Part shown: positions 11,379 to 21,805 of the stretch, in pieces
How the letters are laid out: each line of letters begins with the position of its first letter
How positions within the stretch are numbered: position 1 is the stretch's first letter
Origin: Geosiphon pyriformis uo1
Lineage: Eukaryota; Fungi; Glomeromycota
Reading direction: 5' to 3'
Length of the DNA: 64,000 nucleotides
Assembly (NCBI GenBank): GCA_016748015.1
Contig: JAAOMT010000128.1
Span: 937,538-1,001,537, forward strand
Made by a program: the position numbers and the translations under genes
The notes under the pieces: generated by a model
What the model was told of the DNA's origin: nothing
The model's database searches: none
The model's input: the letters and a program-made list of their open reading frames with translations, nothing else

Positions 11379-14300
11379 TTATGTGTGTCTCATTCTTGAC
11401 AAACAGTCAGCATTAGCATTTTTGGTACCTTCTTTGTATTTGATAATATAATTGTATGGTGCTAACATTTGTGACTATTTGGTGTATTTTTTTTTAGCGC
11501 TTTTTTGTTATTTAATTAGACCAGACCTCTATGATCTGTCATAATCTCAAAGGGTTGGTACCGTAAATATGTGTTAAAGTGAACACAACTCCAGACTACT
11601 GCTAAGCATTTAAGTTTATGTGCTGCGTAGTTTTGTTCTGCCATACTGAGACTTCTACTGACATAAGCAATTACACATTCTCTTTCATTATTATTTTTTT
11701 GTGACAGAATGGCTTTAAGTCCAGTTCTAGAGACATCTGTGGCCAAAATGAATTTCTTGTTGAAATTCGGATAGATCATTATTGGTGATTCAATGAACTT
11801 TTGTCTAAGGTACTCAAAAGCTTTTTGTTGTGCTTCAGTCTATTTAAACTTCACATTTTTGGATAGTAGGTAATTAAGAGGTTTGGCGATGTTTGAAAAG
11901 TTTTCTACAAAGTGGTGGTAGTAAAATGCGAGTCCTAAAAAGCTTCTAACTTCTGAAATGTTTCGAAGTACTGGAAAATTTTTCACTTTGTCTATTTTTG
12001 ATAGATCTGGTTTTATTCCATTTTTTCCAACTACATGTCCTAAAAATGCTAGCTCATTTTTCCCAAAGAAACATTTTTCTAGATTTAGTTTAAGTCTAGC
12101 GTGTCTCAATCTCTCAAAAACTTGTTGTAAATATTGGAGATGATCCGTGAATTTTGACGAGAAAACATTTGTATCATCCAAGTAGACAACAACGGATTGC
12201 CACAGGATTCTGGAGTAAATTACGTCTATTAGTATTTGGAATGTCGCGAGAGTATTTGTTAATCCAAATGGCATTACATTGAACTCATAATTGCCATTTT
12301 GTGTTGTAAATGCTGTTTTATGCCTGTCCTTTGGGTCTATTTCCACTTGCCAGTACCCACTGGTCAAGTCTAGTGTAGAAAACCATTTTGCTCCTCCAAA
12401 AATGTCGAAGATTTCATTAATTAACAGTATTGAATATGAGTCTTCGGTTGTTTTGCTGTTTAGTTTGCAATAATCGATGCAAAATCTAATTTTTCTGTTC
12501 TTTTTCCTTACTAAAACAACTGGTGAGGACTATGGGCTCATTGATAGTTGTATTATTCCTTTTTCCAACATGCTTTGGACTTCTTCTCTGATAAAATTAT
12601 GCTCCATTGGTGGGACATGGTAAGCACGTTGTTTTTCAGATCTGGCATCTCCAGTGGAGATTTGGTGTTGAACCAAGTTGGTTCTTCTAAATTTGCCATT
12701 TCGTGAAAATATATCAGAGTATTTTAAAATTAATGCTTTTAATTGTCACTGTTAGTCAGGATCCATTGTTCTAATGTTTAATTTGGCCAATTCTTCTGGT
12801 GTAAATTGATAGCATTCTAATAGTTGTTGCCAATTTATTGAAGTAAGTTCACAGTAGAGGGCGATTTCTGGGAAATTTGGAATTTCTTGTGGTGTTGACG
12901 TGTTTTCTAGCTCTGTTCTAAGGTATCCAATGATGGTATCTTCCAGAATGTAGATGGGTTCTTCTATGGTGTTTGCGATAGGAATTTTTATCCATTGAGC
13001 TTTATTAGCTGGAATAAAAAGATTAGTAAGTTCTATGAGAAACTGTTGGCAAGTTTCTGAATAGGGCTCAAATATTAGATCTTTTTCTTTAATTGTCCTT
13101 TTTATTTTTATTTCTGATTTTCCATATAGTAGAAGCATAATGGACCGCTTATTTTTAATTACTTCACTTTTTTCCTCTATTGTTTTAGTGAAATTCACTT
13201 CAATTCCTTTTCCTGTCGATCCAAAACCAAAAGTTTCTCTTGTTGTTTGTGACAATTCCTCACGATTTTCCACTGACATGAATTTCCCAATTTTTAGCAA
13301 TGGTAGGAAAATTGCTTGTGCAATCTTTTCCTTAGATTCAATGATATAAAGCTTTTCTGAATTGTTCTGTTGCAAAACCATCAAATTTTCAGTGTATCCG
13401 GAGTCAATTACTCCTCCTTGAACACTTATTCCTTTTTTTGCGAGGCTTGATCGTGACGCTATTTGAACCATTATTCCTGGCGGAATTTCAACCACTATTT
13501 TTAGGTTGATTTTGGTGATGCTCCTGGATGGTAACATTGTGGATTGGTCTTCTGGATAACATAGATCGAATTCGGCATTGGTTGGATGGGCTCTTTTGGG
13601 TATTATTCCTAAGTGCCTATTGTCAAAGTATTGGATATTGGTCACCTGTTCTAGGTTGGTATAGGCTACAAATTTTTCTGACTCGGGACCGTCAGGTAAG
13701 TCTTGTTGATTTATTAATTGATTTTGAGACTGCTGATTCTCAATTTCCATTTTTTTTTCTAAGCCCCTTTTGTCTTGACACTCTTCACAGCACTGATTTT
13801 GGCATGAGATGAGACAGTTTTCACAGAAGTAAGTGTTGATTTGGGCGAGGTATTGTTTTTGCTCTTGTCGAGTGGGGCATAGTTGTTGGTAGTAGTCCTG
13901 GAATTCATCCACTGGGTCGAACATGTTGTAGCTGGTGACTTCGTCGGCTACTTTGGCTGACTCTTTCCAACGTCGTATTTCTTCAGCAGTTCCTCTTTCT
14001 ACTTTGGCTTGTGCGGTGTTGTACAACTCGTCCTCGTCATGTGGGTAGTGCTGTAGTCTTTTTAACACTCTGTTGAACACTGTTTTGAATGGCGTTCCTC
14101 CTCTTACCCAGTCACAGATGAAGATCATGTATTGGCAAGTTGCGTCACATGTTTCTCCTCTGCCTGATATGTCATTCCAGTCGCACCCTCTTGGTAACAG
14201 TTCTCCACAAGCGAGGCACGGTTTCTCGTCCCATTTTCTGTGTCTTTCTGGGTAACCGTATTTTTCTTTATTACAATGGTTACAATAGTAGTGGGTGGAG

Positions 14301-17053
14301 TTTCTTGGGTCTTCATTTGGTGTGCTGCACGCAGTCATAGACGAGAGTTTCTTCTTGCAAACTGAGCATTCTAGCTTTGGTCTGCGTCGCTGGTGGTTTC
14401 TTTGTGAACTTACCTGGTTTCATTCGGATCTTTCTTCGCTGGTTCACGTTGGTATGGCTGGTAGTCCTGTTTTTTGGTCATCAGCCCAAGAGAGCTGATA
14501 GGTTTTGATGGCTGGTAGTGCTGGATTTTTCTCAAATTCAAAGGTAGGTCTTTAGTTGGCACTGGGTTTTTGGAAGTGGCCACAGATGGCTGGAATTTTG
14601 GCCTGGTGGTCATTATAATTGATCAGAAGCTCTTGAGTGGTCCAGTCTAGGGTGGTGTTGGCTTTTGTTAGCCAGTCATTCCCTACTAACACTTGATATT
14701 GTGTAGCATCCATTACTAATACTTTTGTAGGTATTACTATGCTGTTAATTTCGAAAGGAAATAAGTCAATTTCATCATGAGGCAGCTTTGTACTTCCATT
14801 GGCTGTTATGATTTGGGACGTCACAGCACGATTAACTTTGAAACTCAGTTGGTTTATTAGTTGAAGCGTTATGATGCTTTTAGCAGATCCGCTGTCTAAG
14901 ATAAGTTTGATTGGGGTATTGTTTACAGTGGCTTCCGTATACATAGCAGTGATTGAACATTTTTCGTCCAATGCTGCTCTACTGAACATAGCCTTGTTTT
15001 TTTCTAATTCAAAAGGAAAAATAGCTGTGAGGCTGCTATCTTCGGTGGCAACTGCTGGTGGTATTGTCTGGCTCAATTTGTTGCAGAAATTCTTGGTTCT
15101 GTTTATGTTTCTACCATCATTATTTCCGATGATCAGATTTTCTGGTATATTAAGATAAGTTTGTTGATAATTTTGGTAGTTTGGATTGGTTTGCTGATTG
15201 GTTTTGGCGCGGTTTGGATTCCTCTGGACCAATGCATTCTGGTTCTATATAAGCTGATTTCGGGCCTCAGGACGCCAATTCAGGTTGGCTATCATGGGCT
15301 GTTGCTGGTAAGCTCCTTAATTTTGATATGTGGTGGGATATTGGTGTGGTATTGGTGTGTACTGGTTTCTGGACATTTGGAGTGGCGTGTAGTAATTATT
15401 TTTATGTGCTTCTTGCATCATTTGCGTTCAACATTAACTAATTAAATGTCCTACATATTAGCAAAAATGGCAGGTGCGTGTTTCTGTTCTGAATTCCTGG
15501 CATGACAAGTGATTATTTCGACTGTTGCTGACTTCCTGGCTGTGTCTTTGGGGTGGTTAGTATGTATTTTTTCTTGGATCCAGGATGAGATAACTTTCTA
15601 TTTTCTTAGAGAGTTCCTCCCCTAATTGCATTACTCTTTTCTCTAATGTTTCTGTCTTATTTTCCTCCATTACCATGTTAACTATTTGACTATGGTTAGC
15701 TTCTTTTTCAGCCAATTCAAGGGCTCTGGCGAGTGTAACGGCTTCTGGTAAGGAATTAGGGTGGGCAGGGCATACTCTTCCTAAAATGCTGCTTTTTAAT
15801 CCTCTAATAAACTGATTTAAAACCTGAAGATCAGTGTAGTATCCTTGTTCAATTGCTTCAATCTGATGGCAAATTCGATTTAATTGAGCAAGGTATTGGG
15901 TGACAGTTTCACTGGTATTTTGCTTGATAGTATTGAATTCATTCTGTAGTTGGATTACGGTGTTTGGGTCGCTAAAATACTCCAGGAGTGCATTTTTAAA
16001 TTTGGCAAAGCTCGTAAGTTTTGTTTTCAGGCTTTGATACCACGAGTCAGCTGTGTCTTTTAGGAAGAAAAGTAATGTTTGAATTGCTCTTTGGTCATTC
16101 CAGTTATTTGTCTGGATGGCTTTTTGTGCTTCTCTGAGCCATGTGTGCACGTCCGTTTCTTTTTCCTCTTCTAAGAAATCTGTTAGTCTTGCAATGTATA
16201 GTGTGGTCATTTCGTTGCTGTTTTTTGCTGGTGGGCTTATTGGTCTAAGAAGAGATGGGATGATATTTTCTTGAACATTCCTAAAGGTGGCTTTCCTTAT
16301 ATCCAGTTTTTTCTCTTGATTATGAGTTTCTTGGTTTCTGGACTGGCTGATTGTTTTTTCACTGGTCTCTTTTTTGGATTCCGATTCAGACTCCTCTTTA
16401 CGGTTTTTAAACTCTGTTCTAAATTTTGGCTGAAAAAGAGGGTTTTGGAATAGTGATGAATATCCTCCTGTAATTGATATGTCTCCCCAGTTATGTTGTT
16501 TATCAGTATAACTAGGAGTTCTTGGCATTTGTGAAGTTGATGATGATACAGCTCCTAATGGAATTTGTATCTTATTTTCTGGTAAAAAATGGTATGATTT
16601 ATCTTCTGGTGAATAAATACATTGTTTTTTTATTGATTGAGTGACAGTTTTTTTTGGTGTTTGAGCTGGTGTTCCTAGTTTTTGCTGGTTACTTTCCTGA
16701 TTAGTTTCTAAATTTTCTTTGGTTTTGTTGACACGTTCCCTAGTGTTTCCTGTAGATATTGAAAAATTTTTGTTGGTGTATTGCTCAATTTCTCGATGGA
16801 TTTTAACAATAGTTGCGGCTATTACTGCTACTTCTTTTGTAGTGTATTGTGATAATTTTCTATACAATCCAAGTTTTGCATTGTGTGGTTCTTCTTTCTT
16901 TCCTATATGATAATTTATTCTAGTGTTGATATAATAAGTGAGGGCAGATTCTGCTGGACAACACTCTTCTGGTAATCCAAGATCACTTTGATTTTGTGTG
17001 TAAATAGCATGGCAGAATTCAAGAACAGTAAGATTAGGGGTTTTTGTCACCAC
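11379..17053 (-). pseudogene. G1 polyprotein Gag-PR-Cys-rich-dUTPase-RT-RNase H
   Basis: Fragments 15557-17053, 14552-15232 (LILDSGS), 12752-14338, 11840-12367 (VYLDD) and 11516-11779 (ATD..YAAH) share one frame; one frameshift near the end. Confidence 0.93.
13208..13620 (-). other. dUTPase domain in G1 polyprotein
   Basis: Five trimeric-dUTPase motifs: AEFDL, RSS, GGVIDSGY, KIAQ, R..FGFGSTG. Confidence 0.92.
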
Positions 17054-17115
17054 TTTTGTCTCTTCCTTTTTAGCAATGAATTATTGCTAATTATTATTTT
17101 CTTTTTGATTTTCTT

Positions 17116-17133
17116 TCCTCATAGGGTTCACCA
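17116..17133 (-). promoter_or_regulatory. G1 primer binding site TGGTGAACCCTATGAGGA (tRNA unassigned)
   Basis: Starts TGG, 2 nt (TT) after the LTR end CA. Confidence 0.8.
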
Positions 17134-17135
17134 AA

Positions 17136-18010
17136 TGTTACAGAATAGTTTTCTTGTTATATTTAATTGCTGATATCCCGTTTTAATTGCAATCAGTCTT
17201 TTGTGAGTTCCTCAATTCTATTTGTGTAATAATGTCACTATTATACTGAAGGCTTTTTTTTTAATGTTGTGATGTAAGTTATTCTTCAATTCCTGATTGT
17301 TGTGTGTGTTTATGTACTCCTTCTCAAAGGCTGAACTGAAATCTACCCACTGTTTGGGGTCTTCTCTGAGGCTATCCTTGCAATTGCCTGATGTGTTTCT
17401 CTAAACTAGAAACACAGAATGTTAATGGTCTTTAGCGCTTTTTCTAATTTTTACAATAAAGCTTTTATCAATTAGTAACAACGTGAATAATCTTGATCAA
17501 GGATTATTCTTCCAAGAAATTCAGTTGATGAATGATAGTTTCATTCAATAAATAATACAAGTAAGTTTCTTAATACTTTGGATTGTGATAATTCAGTTTT
17601 AAATATTTTTTTTTTATTTCTTTTTGATTTAAAGGTTTCTTGGGATATTTAATTTGGAAGTATGATTTAAAGTAGAGTTTGTTGAATAAAATTGGATCTA
17701 TTGCTTGATAAGTTATGATTTTTATTACTTGATTTTTTTTCCCAATATTAAAATTACTGTATATATACATGTTTGTAGTTCTATGAGAAAACACTTTGTA
17801 ATACTTTCTTTTTGATATTTCAACCTGGTGTTTGCTGCTATCACCAGTTGGTGTTGGCTGCTATTGTGAACTGATGCTTGCCACTATTGCGAGATGGTAT
17901 TTGCTACTATATTAATCATTACCTTTCTAAGATTATTATTGCGCTATATTATGATTGAATAGTTTGTATTATTTTTATGATTCTTTTTGCTAAATTTTTA
18001 AACCATAACA
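17136..18010 (-). repeat. G1 5' LTR (875 bp)
   Basis: Direct repeat with 8642-9203; ~23-nt tandem repeats at 17826-17910; TATA-like at ~17757-17768. Confidence 0.95.
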
Positions 18011-19952
18011 CCAGTTTTAGAAACAAAACAATTATCTCCTGTGGTATCACCTATTCTTGAGAACTGGACTAACCAAATAAAAACTGAATTATCTCCTTCT
18101 CTGGTTTCTGGTGCTGCCACTAGTAATGCTTGGGAAATTATTACTAGTCATCAAAGATTTGCTGAGTGAATAGCCTCCACTTTGGTGTCTGATGCTATTT
18201 TTAAGATCAAATTGGTTTATATTAAGGCTGTTTTTCAGTTAATACATGGTTTCTTGGATGTAAAGTCAATATTAAAAAACAATATAAAGCTGTTTTATAT
18301 GGAGTTTGTTTTTCAAGTGTCTTTGGAAACTGCATTTTTGGTTGAGCTTACAAGTTTTGTACATTTGGCCACTCTCAAAATTGCCAAGTCTTTGGTAGTT
18401 TCTGAGTTTGGTTCCCTTTCTGCTGCTGTTGTACTATATGATGTGCCCTTAAGTGTGCCTGCAGCTAATATTAAGACAGTTCTTAGTGTGTTTGGTGATA
18501 TCACTTATGTTGTGCTGAAGCCTACTGGCATTTGGCAGTATATAATGGTTTATTTTAAAAAATTAGATTCTGCTGTGTTTGCTTTGAATCATTGATCAGT
18601 TTTGGTAAGCAAGAATAATATTAGAATTTTTTTTCTAGTAAATTAAAATAAGACTATTTTGTTTTATAATAGGTTTAAGGCCAAGTTAATTAATCTTTTT
18701 TCTGGATGCACAGCTTTTGAAATTATTAATATGATTTCTTAAGTTGGTAGTCGGACATGTTTTATCTCTTGTTTTCTTAAGTCTGATTATTGTTTTCAGT
18801 TTGCTCTGATTATATTTAGTTCCCAAGCTGATTTGGATTCTACTATTGTTAAAACTGGTACACTGAGAAAATACCATATTTGGTGGGAAACTCCTGGTTG
18901 TCAATATTGTTTCAAGTGTCAAGAGCTAAACCATTTGATTGTGGATTGTAAAGTTTCTTTACCTCTTTCTCTCAAGTTTTCCAAGATGTTTATACCATGT
19001 TTTGTTGATCTTAAGTCTTATGCCAAGGTTTTTGCTCTCTGAATTTCCACTTCTGTTACTTTTTGCCTCTTTTCCAGTTTTTGTTAGTAATTCTTTGGTG
19101 CTGTCTTGATTGTTTTCTTTGAAATCTGATTTAATTAAGCTTTCTGCTTTGGTTGAGTCTATTTTTAAGTCTATTGGCTCTTTAGTTACAAATTTAAACA
19201 GTTTATTAATGGTAATTTGGTTTCAAGTAGTGCTTTTGGTCTTAGAATCAATGAAGTTTTGGTGCATATGAGTTCTTTTAGTAGGACTGTTAATAAACTA
19301 GGAAGAGAGGTGATCTTTTTGAAAAAAGAATGCTGCATAGAAGATATTGATATGTCTGATAATTTGGAATATCTGATTGGTGTAGATGATAATACATTTT
19401 CTAACTTGATGTTTCTTTGGGCTCATAAGTCTGTTTATATCAAAACTAATCCTTTAAAAACAGCTGAATAGCTGGTTGGATTGGTTCCTAATAGTGTTAT
19501 TTTGTTTAGTATTGTTCAGAAAATGTTTTTTTTGAGTAAGTTTTTTTCTAAGGCTTTAACATAGTGTGTCCTTAATTGGTCTAAGTGACTAATCACATGT
19601 AGAAAATACATGATTAGCACCTAGTTTAGATTACTTAGTTTGATGTATTGTACTGAATAGTTTTTGGGCTGTATTCATTAATTAATATAAAAAAAAGTTA
19701 TTATTTATTAATAATTAATAGTATGTAGTATCTATAATTAATATTTTTATAAATATAATAATTTTATTATATAATAGCTTGATATTTTTATTTGTTATTA
19801 TAATTTAAGATATTATAACATAATTAACTATAAAATCTAATTAGTTTATTACTAAAATATTATAATACTTTTAATAAATTTATTATTTAAAATAAGTTTT
19901 ATTAATATATTGTTTATTTTTGTTTTTGTATATATAATAATAATTAAAATAT

Positions 19953-20837
19953 TGTTATTCAAGTAGAAAAACCAATTTAAAAACCATTAAAAAACATGAT
20001 TAATATATAATAATATAAAAAAACATAATAATATAAAATAATACAGAATAATACAAAAAAATACAAAATAATTAGTTATAATTTAGAATAATTAATTATA
20101 GCATAAAAAAATAAAGCAATAACAGAAATAGTAAGCAATAGCTAATAATAATAAGCAATTAAAAACAATTTTATATAACTAAAAAATATGTATAAAAATA
20201 AGTAGTTTTAGTAAAAAAAAAACCAAACAAAAAAACAAGAATTATTTTTCTTTTTATATTTTAATTTTAAATTAATCTTATTTTATATATATTTATAAAA
20301 AAATTTAATGAAATTTTATTATTTAATATATATATATATGATTTCTATATTCTGATTATTATAATCAAATTAATTGTTTCTATTATTTTTGTTTCTATTA
20401 AATACAATTAACATTAATGTATTTAAAACTTTAATAATTAAAACAATCATTTTTAATTATAATAATTAACAAAATACTAATTTTTTTTTATTTCTTTGAT
20501 TTTTATTTCTTTTTTATTTTGTAAAACAACAACAACATTAAAAATCAACTGTTTAAAAATAGACTTTGTAATAATCTGGTAAAAAAAAAAAACTTCTTTT
20601 AGATTTGTACTTATTAATTCAGAGAAAAATACAACTAAAACTGCTTAATTAAAGAAATCAAAACTCTGTGCTTTATAATAAAAAAACTCTATAAGTATAA
20701 CTTAAAACAAGAAAATTTTCAAAAACTAATAATTGACTTAATTAAAAAAATTATTATATTAATACTTAATTAGCTTTTATTATCAAATTACAAGCACCAA
20801 AAATTACAATTTTATTCTACCAAGTTTATTTATAACA
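19953..20837 (+). mobile_element. Strongly AT-eroded solo LTR related to the G3 LTR
   Basis: TGTTA..TAACA ends with ATAT TSD on both sides; blocks aaaatcaactgttt..aatagactt, aaactctgtgc.ttataa and aagcaccaaa..ccaagttta match the G3 LTR. Confidence 0.82.
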
Positions 20838-20991
20838 ATATTTTTTATTTAATATTATTTTATTAATATATATTTTTATTTTTTTTTAGTTTAAAAAAAA
20901 TAATTATAAAACTATTATTTTTTGTAATAATAGCTAATAATATTGTTTAACTTAAGTTTTAGTTTTAAAAATAATTTCTAGTTTTAAATAT

Positions 20992-21805
20992 TGTTACTTA
21001 TAAAAAAAATATATAAAGAAAAATAGTAGAAAAACAGATAAACCAATAGGAGAGTAGTAGTTAGCACATGAACACATTGCTCAGCAATGTGAGCATTGCT
21101 CAAGAAATTATAGCACATTGCTCAGGAATGTAAACAATCTCATAGAACCTAAATTATATATATAGCAAGAGTGTTAAAAGCAAAAAAGACAGAATTATTA
21201 CCAAGACTTTTCCATTATCATATCTCTATTAGAATTATCAATATCAATAAATAATTATTCACCATCTAAATTATTTTTTCCACTATTAACACTTTATGTT
21301 GATAATATTGAATACTTGATTATACTAGAACAATAGTTTTTAATTATGACTATTAACAGAATACTAACTTTCATTGTCTTGGCTTATTTTTTTTATTTTA
21401 TTTTTTTTATTTTATTTTTATTTTTTTTATTGTATACTAATTGATTAAAGATTAAGCACTAAGTTATTAACATTAGAATATAGTACTGATAAAAGACCCA
21501 GGAATAAGAGTAGACACTCAGATTTGGGAATAGCTTACCAGGAGATTGCTGGCCATCATGCTGAGAAAAAAATTAACAGAATTGCAATTCTGGAAAGTAA
21601 CAGACAACAAACCACATTAACCTGAGAGTTGATACTTAAACATCACTAAAAAAACCATACTTGAATCTCTGTTCATTATACAAAGAACTTAATTAAAACC
21701 TTTAGACAACTAAAATCTTTAAATAATTATCAATGAGATTAGTTATTAAGCACCAAGTTACAGGTTTGTTATTTGATTTGAGACCCCAAATAATTACCTG
21801 TAACA
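20992..21805 (+). mobile_element. Solo LTR of the G4 family
   Basis: Reverse-complement similarity to 58132-58871 (e.g. ttatttgatttgagaccccaaataat); TGTTAC..GTAACA ends; flanks ATAT/ACAT. Confidence 0.88.

Larger units (their letters stand above)
8642..18010 (-). mobile_element. G1: full-length Ty3/Gypsy LTR retrotransposon with dUTPase, decayed
   Basis: Paired LTRs with TGTTA..TAACA-type ends; 4-bp TSD CCAG (8638-8641 / 18011-18014); domain order PR-RT-RH-IN. Confidence 0.96.
8059..19696 (+). mobile_element. ORF1-only non-autonomous LINE derivative (~2.3 kb: 8059-8641 + 18015-19696), split by Gypsy G1
   Basis: Removing G1 restores RLLPVLETKQLSP in frame; RRM similar to LINE ORF1 (VVLYDVPL..FG.I..V.LKPTGIWQ); CFKCQELNHLIVDC knuckle; stop 19562-19564 followed directly by a LINE-type 3' tail and poly(A); no ORF2; 5' boundary approximate. 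Confidence 0.85.

Noticed and set aside
13208-13620. dUTPase as a counter-defence against the observed C>T decay
   Set aside because: dUTPase cleans the nucleotide pool; 5mC deamination in genomic DNA yields T and would be unaffected
17465-17796. Apparent 332-bp insertion (and 74-aa ORF 17570-17794) unique to the G1 5' LTR
   Set aside because: It is normal LTR sequence (contains the TATA-like box and the conserved hairpin); its absence from the other LTR coincides with the adapter artefact
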